Assembly (NCBI GenBank): GCA_963705255.1
Contig: OY970061.1
Location: 544,001-608,000 of the forward strand
Direction: 5' to 3'
Length of the DNA: 64,000 bases
DNA from: an uncultured Methanoregulaceae archaeon
GTDB taxonomy: Archaea > Halobacteriota > Methanomicrobia > Methanomicrobiales > Methanospirillaceae
Of the stretch, positions 50,249 to 60,946 are shown in pieces. The notes beneath the pieces were generated by a model. The model ran no database searches. It was not told the DNA's origin and saw only the letters and a program-made list of their open reading frames with translations. How positions within the stretch are numbered: position 1 is the first letter of the stretch; the number at the start of each line of letters is the position of its first letter. The position numbers were made by a program, and so were the translations under genes.

Positions 50249-51322
50249 GTGATACGGATGAAGTATATGCACCCCCGCCCGAGTTCCATTGTCGCAGCAC
50301 TGTATACTGCCCGCGATCTCAATGTCGACGTTGCGATCCTGCACGGTCCTTCCGGCTGTTCATTCAAACATGCCCGGCTGCTCGAGGAGGACGGGATGCG
50401 GGTTCTGACCACTTCGCTGGCTGACAACGAGTTCATCTTCGGCGGGCAGAAATCCCTCGAGGATGTGCTGCGGTATGCCGAGGATACATTCTCACCCAGC
50501 CGGATGGCGGTGGTAGGCACGTGTGTTGCCATGATTATCGGCGAGGATCTCCAGTCCGCAATTGACGGGGCCGGTATCACGACTCCCACCATAGCAGTTG
50601 ATATTCACGCAGGGTACCTGGAGAATATTGCCGGTGTACTTTCAACGCTTGAAGCAGCCGAACGGGCCGGATGGATATCAGGTGATGAACTTGCCAGGCA
50701 GCGTTTCCTGATGGAGAAGGCCAATGAGGTCGAGCGGGTGCGGGGAGCTGCATCGCAACCCTATATCGAAGCGTCCCGGGGGGATCTCAAACATATCGCT
50801 GCACGGGAGCTCATCAGACTGGCCCGGGGAGGGGCAAAAGGGATTGCCATCCTGAACGCGAAAAAGGAGACGGCATATATGTTTGCCGACGAACTGATCG
50901 CACTCCACGATGTGTGCCCGGATGCCGACATCACGTACCTGGCAAATCTCGAACAACGCGGGCTGCCGAAGACCCGTGGTGACGCAGCGCGGATTGCGGA
51001 GGAGCTGGAACAGCGCGGCGTAAAATCCGAGTATATCGGGGCACTCGATGAGTATGGTGCCAATGGCGACGCCCTGGGAAAGCGGATGCGGGAGATCGAC
51101 CCTGCGTTTGCCCTTATTGCCGGTGTGCCCCATGCAATCCCTCCTGAATACACTGCCGGAATTGAGTGTTTCTCCATCACGAACGGGCCACGGCAGGTCG
51201 CACCTCTCCGGAATATCGGGCACCGCCACGTCATGGTCGAGATCGACCTGCACCCGAAGACTCTCGGAGTGCGGGAGATTATCGGGAGCGAGTTCGGGGC
51301 TGTCCTGCGGAGCATTGGATGA
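50249..51322 (+). CDS. cfbD: Ni-sirohydrochlorin a,c-diamide reductive cyclase catalytic subunit
   Basis: HPRPSSIVAALYT.RDL...HGPSGC.FKH, GTCVAMIIGED, TNGPRQ. Confidence 0.95.
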   Translation: MIRMKYMHPRPSSIVAALYTARDLNVDVAILHGPSGCSFKHARLLEEDGMRVLTTSLADNEFIFGGQKSLEDVLRYAEDTFSPSRMAVVGTCVAMIIGEDLQSAIDGAGITTPTIAVDIHAGYLENIAGVLSTLEAAERAGWISGDELARQRFLMEKANEVERVRGAASQPYIEASRGDLKHIAARELIRLARGGAKGIAILNAKKETAYMFADELIALHDVCPDADITYLANLEQRGLPKTRGDAARIAEELEQRGVKSEYIGALDEYGANGDALGKRMREIDPAFALIAGVPHAIPPEYTAGIECFSITNGPRQVAPLRNIGHRHVMVEIDLHPKTLGVREIIGSEFGAVLRSIG

Positions 51323-52695
51323 AAGTTCTCCTCATCACCGGGGACCGGTCCGGCAGTGGCAAGACCAGCATCACGCTTGCCCTCGCAGCTCTCCTTTCGA
51401 AAAGCAACACGGTCCAGACCTTCAAGGTAGGGATGGATTATATCGATCCTTCGTATCTTGCGGCAGTATCGCACCGTCCCTGCCGGAACCTTGACAGTTA
51501 CACCCTTGACCGGCACCAGATACAGGATATTTTCCGGTTCGGGTGCCGGGGTGCGGACATCGCACTGGTGGAAGGTGTTCGCGGGCTCTATGAAGGTGCC
51601 GATGCACTGACCGATACCGGCAGTACCGCGGCAATAGCCAAGGAACTTGACCTGCCGGTAGTTCTTGTCGTGTCGGCGCAGAGCATTACCCGGAGTGCTG
51701 CAGCGATCGTCAAAGGGTTCCAGGAGTTCGACCCGGCCATCCGGATCGCGGGGGTCATCCTCAATAATATCAAAGGCGGCTCGCACAGGACAAAAGCGGT
51801 CACAGCCATTGAGCACTATTGCAATGTACCAGTTGTCGGGGCGATACCCCGTATGGAAGAGATGCAGCTTGCGATGCGCCACCTTGGCCTTGTGCCGTAC
51901 CGCGAAGGTTCCAGGCACGGGGATTTCGATGCACGCATAGCCACGATCACTGCCATGATCGGCCAGTATGTCGATCTTGAACGACTCCGGTCGCTGATGA
52001 AAGACGTGGTATTTCCGGAAAAACCGGCAACCCTTTTCGACAGCATCCCGGCACCGGAAGTCAGGATAGGTATCGCGATCGATGAGGCATTCAACTTTTA
52101 CTACGCGGACCTGTTTGATCTTCTCAGGACCTTTGGCGCTGAAACGGTCCCGTTCAGTCCTGTCCACGACAGGTTACCTGAAGCGGACGGCTATATCCTC
52201 GGCGGGGGATATCCGGAACTTTTTACCGGCGAGCTGGAGGCCAACGACAGGATGCGTGAATCAGTCCGGGAAACCTCCCGGAACGGTGTCCCTGTCTATG
52301 CCGAATGCGGCGGGCTGATGTATCTTACCGGGCGCATGACCCTGAAAAAAGGATGGCAGGGACTGGAGAAGGACCTTACTTCAGAGATGTGCGGGGTGTT
52401 CTCCGGCGAGACCCGGATGCCTGCGCGGAGGGTGGTAAGTTATGTCGAAGGGACAAGCGATGCTGATTCCCCGATGGGCAGTGCGCAGTTCCGGGGGCAC
52501 GAGTTCCATTATTCCGAGGTTATTCTCGAAAAAGGAACCCGCTTTTCCTACACCCTGTCAAGAGGGATCGGTATCAGGGATAACTATGACGGTGCTGTCG
52601 TAAACAACACGCTCGGCAGTTATACGCACCTGCACCCGGTTGCAAGTGCCGGGATGTTCCGGCACTTCGTGGATCTCTGCCGGAAAGAGAGATAG
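51319..52695 (+). CDS. cfbB: Ni-sirohydrochlorin a,c-diamide synthase
   Basis: GDRSGSGKT, FKVGMDYIDP, EGVRGLYEG, AECGGLMYL; start ATG 51319 overlapping cfbD stop. Confidence 0.92.
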   Translation: MKVLLITGDRSGSGKTSITLALAALLSKSNTVQTFKVGMDYIDPSYLAAVSHRPCRNLDSYTLDRHQIQDIFRFGCRGADIALVEGVRGLYEGADALTDTGSTAAIAKELDLPVVLVVSAQSITRSAAAIVKGFQEFDPAIRIAGVILNNIKGGSHRTKAVTAIEHYCNVPVVGAIPRMEEMQLAMRHLGLVPYREGSRHGDFDARIATITAMIGQYVDLERLRSLMKDVVFPEKPATLFDSIPAPEVRIGIAIDEAFNFYYADLFDLLRTFGAETVPFSPVHDRLPEADGYILGGGYPELFTGELEANDRMRESVRETSRNGVPVYAECGGLMYLTGRMTLKKGWQGLEKDLTSEMCGVFSGETRMPARRVVSYVEGTSDADSPMGSAQFRGHEFHYSEVILEKGTRFSYTLSRGIGIRDNYDGAVVNNTLGSYTHLHPVASAGMFRHFVDLCRKER

Positions 52696-52778
52696 TTTTT
52701 TTTTCAACACTCTGTTCCTTTTTTTAATTTTTTTTCCAAGACAATCCCATCGAATCAGAAAAAAACCTGAGAAGATAC

Positions 52779-52922
52779 GAGTCCTCCCCGCCTCAGGGCC
52801 CCTCGCGGGGCACGGCGGGGCAAGGAGTTTCCCGAGATTTTAGTTCCTGATCCGCCGCGGGGGCGCCCCGCCGGGGGCGGCGGCGTCTATCATAATGGGG
52901 GTATGGGGGTCTCAACCCCCAT
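52779..52922. repeat. Left arm - 29 bp spacer - right arm repeat (copy 9, inverted)
   Basis: Reverse complement of 25079-25229 with a different spacer (52823-52851). Confidence 0.88.
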
Positions 52923-53060
52923 CATCGGATTTCATCCTCATGATCTTTACGATCTGCTTCTCCGATATTTTCTCTTCGAAATCCGAAAAGCAATTTCCTC
53001 CCTGCACCACTCCCGGACAAAAGAAAAAACTACAAAACCCCCTACACCCCATCAACAGCT

Positions 53061-53933
53061 ATGATCATCTACTATGATGGGAAATACCTGCCGGACGACC
53101 AGGCAAAAGTTTCGGTGTTTGATCACGGGTTCCTCTATGGTGATGGCGTTTTCGAAGGGATCCGGGCTTATAACGGAAGGATATTCCGGTTAAAGGAGCA
53201 CATTGACCGGCTCTATGATTCCGCCCAGACCATTGATCTCCACCCGCCCATCTCCAAGGAGGAGCTGACTGAAGCCATCTGCGAGACCCTGCGCAGGAAT
53301 AACCTTAAAGATGCCTATATCCGCCCGATCATAACCCGGGGCGTCGGGGACCTCGGGCTCGACCCGCGGAAGTGCCCGAAAGCGTCGGTCATTGTCATTG
53401 CCGTGACCTGGGGGGCGATGTACGGGGACCTGTACGAGAAGGGCCTCAGGGCCGTCACGGTCTCCATCCGCCGGAATCCCGCAGAATCCATGCCGCCGAA
53501 TGTCAAGAGCCTCAATTATCTCAACAACATCCTCGCGAAGATCGAGGCAAACTACAAAGGAGGGGACGAGGCGATATTCTTCGATACGAACGGGTATATA
53601 TCCGAAGGTTCCGGCGACAACCTGTACATTGTCAAGAACGGGGAGATCGTCACCCCGCCCACGCTCAATAACCTCCGTGGTATTACCCGCATGGTACTGC
53701 TGGAGATCGCAAGGTCCCTGGGAATCACGGTCAAAGAACAGAACATCGGTTACTTTGACCTGTATACCGCGGATGAGATGATCTGTACCGGAACCGCCGC
53801 TGAAGTCGCCCCGATCACCTGGGTCGATGGGCGCACGATCGGCTCCGGTAAGCCCGGCCCGGTGACCCGTCAGCTGATGGCAGCGTTCAAGGCAGTCACG
53901 GAAAAAGAAGGGTATCCCATTAATAAGAAATAA
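53061..53933 (+). CDS. ilvE: Branched-chain amino acid aminotransferase
   Basis: [38 protein letters not shown]. Confidence 0.95.
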   Translation: MIIYYDGKYLPDDQAKVSVFDHGFLYGDGVFEGIRAYNGRIFRLKEHIDRLYDSAQTIDLHPPISKEELTEAICETLRRNNLKDAYIRPIITRGVGDLGLDPRKCPKASVIVIAVTWGAMYGDLYEKGLRAVTVSIRRNPAESMPPNVKSLNYLNNILAKIEANYKGGDEAIFFDTNGYISEGSGDNLYIVKNGEIVTPPTLNNLRGITRMVLLEIARSLGITVKEQNIGYFDLYTADEMICTGTAAEVAPITWVDGRTIGSGKPGPVTRQLMAAFKAVTEKEGYPINKK

Positions 53934-54176
53934 TTTTTTCCGGAATTCCGTTCAGTTCAGCAGGTAATGTGCTCGTACTTGATCCAGTTATTGAATACGT
54001 AATTCGTAATAATGCCGGTTTTTCTTACACGTTCCTGATGGTCCGCGTTATGTTCGTGCTTTTCACGCATTGAACTTTTTTACCGCTCTCAGGAATTCCT
54101 GGAGGGAGCTTATGTGGTTACTTGTATTTCCATAACCTATTTATGACGTTACGTGAAACTACATAGAGCAACGTGT

Positions 54177-54251
54177 GCTGCTATAGTGTAGACCGGCCAA
54201 TCATGCGGGCCTTTCACGCCCGCGACTGGGGTTCAAATCCCCATAGCAGCA
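54177..54251 (+). tRNA. tRNA-Glu (anticodon UUC)
   Basis: Acceptor GCTGCTA/TAGCAGC, anticodon arm CGGGC-CTTTCAC-GCCCG, TTCAAAT T-loop. Confidence 0.95.
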
Positions 54252-54312
54252 TCCCGGTTTTAAGGATACATTCCGTCCAACGGCCCGATTGAATCAAAAT
54301 TTAAAAGAATAA

Positions 54313-55041
54313 TCATTCGTACTCGCCACGCACCAGGACAACGGTGATCGTCCCTTCGCTCCCGGCAGAGAGTGCTTTTTGTATCAGCTCTTCGCAGGCT
54401 GCTTCGAGATTATTGCCGTTCTCCATAACGATATCCTGGATGGTATCTCTCTTCACATAATCGTACAAGCCGTCCGAGCTCAGTAACAGGAACGAGTCGC
54501 GTATGTTCAGCTCGGTAAAATCATCGTCCTTCAGGACCCGCGGTTCGCCGAGTGCATGGGAGACCATTTTTGAAAGCTGGGGGTTTTGTCCCGTCTGCTC
54601 CCGCGAATGACTGTCCCGCCCTCTGGTTTCAGGGAAAGCATGGTCCCGTGGGGTTGTAATTCCATCTGAATTGATAATGTAGATACTGCCGTCACCGATA
54701 TCGAGGGCCGTGCAGTCCAGGTTGTCATCAACCAGGCATGCAACGATCTGCGTACCCATGCCTGATCTCTCACGGGACTGTTCGGATTTCTGGCGGATCT
54801 CCCTGTCTGCATCATGGACCGCATTCTCCAGGGTCGTTCTCGGGGATCCATCTATTTTGCGGACTGCACGTATCAGCGACGAAATTGCAATATCACTTGC
54901 AATCCTTCCTGCAGGATGACCGGCAAGACCATCTGCGACTGCAAACACGGAGAAGTTGCCGATTCTCTCAGCGCAAAATGAGTCCTCGTTCGTGTCCTGG
55001 ATCCCTCTTTCCGATAGTGCGATGAAACGGACCGGGGCCAT
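54313..55041 (-). CDS. PP2C-family Ser/Thr protein phosphatase
   Basis: NEDS, VADGLAGH..G..AS, MGT, IGD, LSSDGL; terminal DN motif appears as GSEGTIT. Confidence 0.85.
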   Translation of the reverse strand: MAPVRFIALSERGIQDTNEDSFCAERIGNFSVFAVADGLAGHPAGRIASDIAISSLIRAVRKIDGSPRTTLENAVHDADREIRQKSEQSRERSGMGTQIVACLVDDNLDCTALDIGDGSIYIINSDGITTPRDHAFPETRGRDSHSREQTGQNPQLSKMVSHALGEPRVLKDDDFTELNIRDSFLLLSSDGLYDYVKRDTIQDIVMENGNNLEAACEELIQKALSAGSEGTITVVLVRGEYE

Positions 55042-55270
55042 ACCATCCGGGTGTCACGCGGTAAAATAATCCTTTTGTTGTTGCCAAAAACCGGAGGGAA
55101 CCAATACCTTTTGGAATTCGTATATAATTTTTGGGTGATAATCAGGAAAATATTCCACAAGGATAGCGCGGAGTAGCATTATTAAGGATACCGGGTTCGT
55201 CCGGAATATCAGGATCCGGCAGTTGGGTCTGTAAGCGCCTTCGCAATGCCTCAAATGGCAGAAAAAAGAT

Positions 55271-56923
55271 TTAGTGAGTCGCAGTCGTCGTAGCGGTAGT
55301 ATTTACCGTTGTTGTTACCGGGATAGGAATTTTTGTCAGGGTTGGCGTAGGAGTCGGAGTTGGTGACGGTTTGAGATTTGCCTGGATATCGACGGTCCCT
55401 TCCGGCGTATTGGTTGATTTCTGCAGTACCAGGCTGCCATCCTTATAAAGTTCCACCAGAAGGCTGTCGGCCGAACCGTCCGATTTCTGGATGTTGGCAA
55501 TGACCGTTCCCACACTCGTGGATATCTGGTACACCTGGTCGCCGGTGCCGCCGACCTCGGTCAGGCTTCCGGGCGTTCCCACCGATCCCGCGAAATTATG
55601 GGGATACACGACCCGGACCCAGACCCCGGTACTAGGAATTATGACCTGCGGCGTTGATGAAGGGATCGGGGTTACCACAGCAGATACTGTTGTCGGGACC
55701 GGGGATGGTGTGGGTGTTGCAACCGTTGTGGCCACCGTAACGGGCAATGGTGTCGGGGTAACGGCAGGAGTTGGGGTGTTTCCGCCAGCGAGCGGGTGTA
55801 CAAACAGGAAAACGCCGGCAACTACGGCAATAATGATGATGGCAAGGACCCCTGCCACAAGGTATCTTGAACGCTTCCGGCCCGGCGATGGTACCGGGAG
55901 ATGCGGAGGTGGTGAGGTTGGAGCCCCGGGCGCAGTGACCGGAACTTCAGGCGAATCTCCGGTCGAAATGACCGGCCATTTTATGTCAGAGATAGAAGTT
56001 TCCGGCTGCGTGACCTCCGGAATGTGTCCGGCCTGTGGAATCGGATGGTGTTTCGGGATGATGGGTGCAGGTTCCGTACGGGGGACGGAATCTTCGATGA
56101 GGGGTTCGATTGAATGAATTACCTGTTCGATAGGCCTTTCTTTTTTATCGGCAGCTGCGCCGAAAACCGGGGGGAGCGGGACCTGGACCTGCGGAACAAC
56201 CGGCGCCGGAGCCACTTCCTGGGGTATAACCTGGGGAGGGACCGGAACTGGGGCCGTTTCAGCAGCGGGAGTTCCCAGATCTGACTCCTGTACGACGGGT
56301 GTCCCGCAGCGGTTACAGAAAGCGGATTCCGGGGGTACCCGGTTACCGCAACGGTTGCAGAAGGAGCCCGTTGGCAGCGACGTCGTCTCAATGGGTTTTG
56401 GCATGGCAGGTACCGAGTCAACAATCTTTTTCATCGGCCGGGAGATCTCAATCTTCTTTTTTGGTGCCTGGATTGTCGGTGCCCCGCCAACTTCCGATCT
56501 TGGCGGGACGGGCTCTTCATGTTCCGGTACCTGTTGTGGCTCTACGGACGACGGGGTATCCTGCTGTACCGGATGCTGAAATACCGGTGACAGGTGTTGC
56601 TTAAGAATCCCGATCCATTCATCGCACTCCCTCTTTCGTTCCCCGCCGCTGGTTTTTGTGAACGTCAGGATCATCTGGCGGGTCGCGCCACTGCTGGTGA
56701 TGAGCGAGAGTGTGATGGTCGGGTCACGGATAGCATTCTCACCTTCTTCCACATTTCTGAGCGTTGCAAGCAGGATCTCCTGGGGCGGGATCAGGTGTTT
56801 TTTGCTGTCCACAAGAATGAGACGTCTGTTGGTGAGTATGGCCTCAAATGATACGGATTTGACCTTGACGTTCTGCGCATTCAAAAGGATTGATTCGTCA
56901 TGATACAGATCAGGATATGCCAT
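55271..56923 (-). CDS. Pro-rich single-pass membrane protein with PH-like N-terminus and zinc ribbon
   Basis: ILTNRRLILV PH-like pattern, FCNRCG..FCNRCG, one TM, Thr-rich distal part. Confidence 0.8.
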   Translation of the reverse strand: MAYPDLYHDESILLNAQNVKVKSVSFEAILTNRRLILVDSKKHLIPPQEILLATLRNVEEGENAIRDPTITLSLITSSGATRQMILTFTKTSGGERKRECDEWIGILKQHLSPVFQHPVQQDTPSSVEPQQVPEHEEPVPPRSEVGGAPTIQAPKKKIEISRPMKKIVDSVPAMPKPIETTSLPTGSFCNRCGNRVPPESAFCNRCGTPVVQESDLGTPAAETAPVPVPPQVIPQEVAPAPVVPQVQVPLPPVFGAAADKKERPIEQVIHSIEPLIEDSVPRTEPAPIIPKHHPIPQAGHIPEVTQPETSISDIKWPVISTGDSPEVPVTAPGAPTSPPPHLPVPSPGRKRSRYLVAGVLAIIIIAVVAGVFLFVHPLAGGNTPTPAVTPTPLPVTVATTVATPTPSPVPTTVSAVVTPIPSSTPQVIIPSTGVWVRVVYPHNFAGSVGTPGSLTEVGGTGDQVYQISTSVGTVIANIQKSDGSADSLLVELYKDGSLVLQKSTNTPEGTVDIQANLKPSPTPTPTPTLTKIPIPVTTTVNTTATTTATH

Positions 56924-57004
56924 GCAACCACTCTCTCGAATATAATTACGTCACCCGGATACAATAAGTGTTTGTGAAAGTCCGGGCCATGGCTTGAGTC
57001 CGCT

Positions 57005-58282
57005 TCAGAGAATTTCACGCCCGTTCATAGAGGGCCGGAGGATATCCGGTACCCTGACCGATCCATCATCCTGCTGGTAATTCTCCAGGATTGCACGGAG
57101 TACCCGCGATGTTGCGACAGCAGTCGAATTGAGGGTGTGGACGTGCCGCTTTGATTCAAAATCGCTCTTGTCCCGCACCCTGATATTGAGGCGCACAGCC
57201 TGGTACGTGGTGCAGTTGCTGCAGGAGACCACTTCCCGGTAGGCCCCTTCACGCGGCATCCATACCTCAATGTCATATTTCTTCGCGGCAACCGTACCGA
57301 TGTCGCCGGTACAGATGTTCACGACCCGGTAGGGGAGGCCGAGACTCCGGAATATCTCTTCGGCATTCGCCAGCAGTTCCTCATGGATCTGCCACGAATC
57401 TTCCGGATTGCAGTACACGAACTGTTCGACTTTGGTGAACTGGTGGACCCTGAAAAGTCCTTTCGTGTCAAGACCGTGCGCCCCGATCTCACGCCGGAAA
57501 CACGGGGAGATGCCGGCAAGCTTCAGAGGAAGATCTTTCTCTTCAAAGATCTCGTCCTGGTACATCGCACCGATTGGGTGTTCGCTGGTAGCGATCAGGT
57601 AGGCATCGTCGCCGTCGATCTTGTACATGACCTTCTCGAAATCCCCGAGATCTGTCACACCTTCGTAGGATGTGCGGTTGATCATGTAAGGAGGGATAAC
57701 CGGGGTAAATCCTTTCTGTACAAGCAGGTCGATTGCGTAGCGCTGGAGGGCCATATCGAGAAGGACAAGGCTCCCTTTCAGGAAATAAAACCCTGCCCCG
57801 CTTGTCTTTGCAGCCCGCTCGAAATCGGCCCAGCCCTGTTCGGCAGCCAGCTGGCCATGGTTTTTGATCTCGAAACTGAACGTTCCCGGGGTCCCGTTCC
57901 TCCGGATCTCAACATTTTCGGTATCGTCTTTTCCTACGGGAACACTTTCATGTAACATATTGGGGAGGCGCATCAGGTACGAGCGGATTGCCACCCGGAT
58001 CTCTTCCTGTTCGGTATCATAGTCCCTGATCTTCCGGGGCAGCTCGGCTGCTTCAGCCAGGAGGGCCGTTACCTCCCGGCCGGCTTTTTTGCCGGCGTTG
58101 ATATCCCGTGCGATGGTATTCCTCCGCTGGCGGAGTCTGTCAGCCTCGACCTTGAGTTCACGGGACCGGGCATCCTTTGCAAGCAGGTCATCGACCCATG
58201 CTATCTTTTCGGGATCATTTCGTTTCCTGAGATCTGCTTTTACGCTAGCGGGGCTGGCCCGCACGAACCTGATATCAAGCAT
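57005..58282 (-). CDS. serS: Serine--tRNA ligase (bacterial-type)
   Basis: MLDIRFVR, LIATSEHP, FRRE, GLFRVHQF.KVEQ, EVVSCSNC, HTLNST. Confidence 0.97.
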   Translation of the reverse strand: MLDIRFVRASPASVKADLRKRNDPEKIAWVDDLLAKDARSRELKVEADRLRQRRNTIARDINAGKKAGREVTALLAEAAELPRKIRDYDTEQEEIRVAIRSYLMRLPNMLHESVPVGKDDTENVEIRRNGTPGTFSFEIKNHGQLAAEQGWADFERAAKTSGAGFYFLKGSLVLLDMALQRYAIDLLVQKGFTPVIPPYMINRTSYEGVTDLGDFEKVMYKIDGDDAYLIATSEHPIGAMYQDEIFEEKDLPLKLAGISPCFRREIGAHGLDTKGLFRVHQFTKVEQFVYCNPEDSWQIHEELLANAEEIFRSLGLPYRVVNICTGDIGTVAAKKYDIEVWMPREGAYREVVSCSNCTTYQAVRLNIRVRDKSDFESKRHVHTLNSTAVATSRVLRAILENYQQDDGSVRVPDILRPSMNGREIL

Positions 58283-58526
58283 GGATAATTCTCCTGTCCT
58301 GCTCTCCTGTTCAATAGTATATGCACTCCATCATAATTAATCGCCTTCTCCGGAATGTCCGGGGCTGGATTTTCTGGTACTATGAGAGGACAGACAACAA
58401 GGAAAAAGAGATGGCGATGGGTCCGTTGACACGACATGCAGCGCTGATGGAACTGCTTTTCAATACCATCCTGCGTTTGCACTTCCGACCCAGGTATGAA
58501 ATAAACGTTCCTTGCCGTGGGGAAGA

Positions 58527-59051
58527 TCACCACTCGACAGCGGTAATTCTGCGGATGATCTCTGCTGCAAATTCCTTTGAGGCTGCCGGGCCGTTCGCCG
58601 TGATGATCCTGCCGTCAGTAACCACGGACTTGTTCACGAGGACGGCACCACCGATCTTCATCTCCCGGAATGATAACGGGTTTTCATAATACGTGGCTTT
58701 TTTCCCTTTCAGGATCCCGGCCCGTGCAAGTACTACCGGGGCGAGGCAGATCGCAGCCACCACCTTTCCTTTCGGAGGGAAATATTTTGTAATCTCCCTC
58801 AGGAGATCATCTTCCCACAGGTGAACCTGGGAGCCGGATCCGCCAACGATAAGGAGAGCTTCGTATTGTTTCGGATCAACCTCTTCAAAAGATAACGTAG
58901 CCGTTGCCCGTGCACCAAGCATGCCAACACAGGATCCCCGACGGGTCGAAGCGATCTCGTATTCTATCCCGGCCTGCGTGAGTGCAGCCACAGGCTCGGC
59001 CAGCTCCTCATCCCTGAATTTCTCGGGAGCGATGGCGATCAGGATCTTCAT
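58527..59051 (-). CDS. DJ-1/PfpI-family protein
   Basis: FRDEE, GG.G, AAICLAP, ITANGP. Confidence 0.9.
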   Translation of the reverse strand: MKILIAIAPEKFRDEELAEPVAALTQAGIEYEIASTRRGSCVGMLGARATATLSFEEVDPKQYEALLIVGGSGSQVHLWEDDLLREITKYFPPKGKVVAAICLAPVVLARAGILKGKKATYYENPLSFREMKIGGAVLVNKSVVTDGRIITANGPAASKEFAAEIIRRITAVEW

Positions 59052-59300
59052 GATCAACGGGAGATCTTTTGTTCATATAACTGTATTGGCTTTTCGCTTT
59101 GGTGTGAAAAATCATGGAATGTTTTTGCGGAACCGTTCATTGTCCCCCGGGAAACCGTTTTTATTGCGGTCGCACAAACCGGAGGGCCTGCTGATGGTGA
59201 AACGCCGGAAGAAAGAGAAGAATGCGACAAGAATTTTTTTGGGTTTTTACTCATTTTATGACAAAATTTAACCCGGAAATCCAAACAAGGCGCGGTGGTA

Positions 59301-59316
59301 CGAAATTATTATAAAC
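59301..59316 (+). promoter_or_regulatory. Candidate BRE/TATA box for the Nramp operon
   Basis: CGAAATTATTATAAAC ~130 bp upstream of the Nramp ATG. Confidence 0.5.
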
Positions 59317-59446
59317 GTCCGATGTCTATCCCTATGCAGGACGTCATCATTGGTGACTTTCTTCAACTGCCATTCAGATCGAGTGGATCGAATGGGGGGA
59401 TGACCGGCACAATGAACTGAAAAAACACTATAAGAAAGGGCATACC

Positions 59447-60715
59447 ATGGATTTTTTATCGAAGTTTTATTTTAATTACAGCAAGCTCATCAAGACCATC
59501 AAGATCTACCTGCTGCTTGCCGGACCAGGCCTCATTGTCATGATCGCCGACAACGATGCCGGTGGGATCACCACGTACGCCGCAACCGGCGCAAAGTACG
59601 GGTACGGCCTCATCTGGTTCCTCGTCCTGCTCGGGCCGGTTGCATATTTTGTACAGGAAATGACGGTACGGCTGGGGGCCGTCACCAAGCATGGGCACGC
59701 AGAGGCGATCTTCAGCGCGTTCGGCTCGTTCTGGGGATGGTTCTCGCTCCTTGACCTCACCGTTGTCAACTGGCTCACGATGGTCACCGAGTTCATCGGC
59801 ATGACTGCGGCGCTCAGCATCTTCGGTGTTCCACCCGCCATCACGGTAGGCATAGTCATCCTCGTGATGTTTGGCATCGTTTTGTCTGGGAGGTACTGGA
59901 CGTGGGAGAAGATCACCATGGCCTTCTGTCTTGTCAATCTCATCTACATACCGGCGGCGATACTCGTCCACCCTTCGGTCCCCGATATCCTCCGGAACGG
60001 GATCGTCCCCAACTTCCCGGGAGGGTTCAATGGCGAACTCTTCTTCCTGCTGATGGCAAACATCGGGACTACGATCGCGCCCTGGATGATCTTCTTCCAG
60101 CAGAGCGCGGTCGTTGACAAGCAGATGAAGGAGAAGGACATTCCGTGGGGGAAATTCGACACGGTTGTCGGTGCAATCTTTACCGTTCTCGTCGCGGTAT
60201 TCATTATCATCGTGACCGGGACCCTGCTCTACGGTATGAACATCGAGAGTGCCGCCCAGGCCGCCCAGGTCATGATGGGAATGCACCCGTGGGTGGGGAC
60301 GCTCATCGCCATCGGTCTCTTCGATGCCGGGTTTCTGGGAGCAATCTGCATTGCGCTCACCAACTCGTGGGCATTCGGGGAAGTCTTCGGATGGGCGCAC
60401 TCGCTGAACTACAAAGTCAGAGAGGCGCTCTGGTTCTACGTCTTCTACTTCATCGGCCTTGTCACCGCAGGGGCGGTCGTGCTCATTCCGGGAGCACCGC
60501 TGGTGCTGATCACGCTCTTCGTTCAGGTGATCGCAGTGACCCTCCTGCCGGCTGCGCTGGTATTTTTGATCATCCTCCTGAACAACGAGGAGATCATGGG
60601 GAAATACAAAAATACCCGCTTCGACAATATAGCGAACATAACAATCGTCGTGTGCATCATCGTCGTGTCTTCACTGTACGGTATCAGCACGCTGTTCCCG
60701 AATTTGTTCGGGTAA
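59447..60715 (+). CDS. Nramp-related divalent metal (probably Mg2+) transporter
   Basis: GPGL...ADNDAGGITTY (NRMT-type rather than DPGN), QEM..RLG.VT, GTTIAPW..FFQQS. Confidence 0.88.
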   Translation: MDFLSKFYFNYSKLIKTIKIYLLLAGPGLIVMIADNDAGGITTYAATGAKYGYGLIWFLVLLGPVAYFVQEMTVRLGAVTKHGHAEAIFSAFGSFWGWFSLLDLTVVNWLTMVTEFIGMTAALSIFGVPPAITVGIVILVMFGIVLSGRYWTWEKITMAFCLVNLIYIPAAILVHPSVPDILRNGIVPNFPGGFNGELFFLLMANIGTTIAPWMIFFQQSAVVDKQMKEKDIPWGKFDTVVGAIFTVLVAVFIIIVTGTLLYGMNIESAAQAAQVMMGMHPWVGTLIAIGLFDAGFLGAICIALTNSWAFGEVFGWAHSLNYKVREALWFYVFYFIGLVTAGAVVLIPGAPLVLITLFVQVIAVTLLPAALVFLIILLNNEEIMGKYKNTRFDNIANITIVVCIIVVSSLYGISTLFPNLFG

Positions 60716-60730
60716 GGAGGGATTTAGAGA

Positions 60731-60946
60731 ATGGAATCAATCGAAAGAGTATTCGGGGAACGGATCGGAAGTATCATCAGTGAATCGACGGGGAAGATCC
60801 GCAGCATTAACCAGAAATATGCAACGCCGAAGATCAAACTGACGGGAGGGGCAAAATTTGCGCTCCTCTTCCTCAGGTTCTACCTTATCTTCCTGGTTGT
60901 CCTGCTCGCGTACAAGTTCTGGACGATCGTTCACGGGAGTGCATGA
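60731..60946 (+). CDS. Small single-TM membrane protein
   Basis: SD GGAGG; IN.KYA.P.I......LL.LR.YL pattern; coupled to next gene. Confidence 0.75.
   Translation: MESIERVFGERIGSIISESTGKIRSINQKYATPKIKLTGGAKFALLFLRFYLIFLVVLLAYKFWTIVHGSA

Noticed and set aside
53957-54070. 37-codon minus-strand ORF MREKHEHNADHQERVRKTGIITNYVFNNWIKYEHITC
   Set aside because: Possible small protein, but no motif or homology evidence is available from sequence alone.
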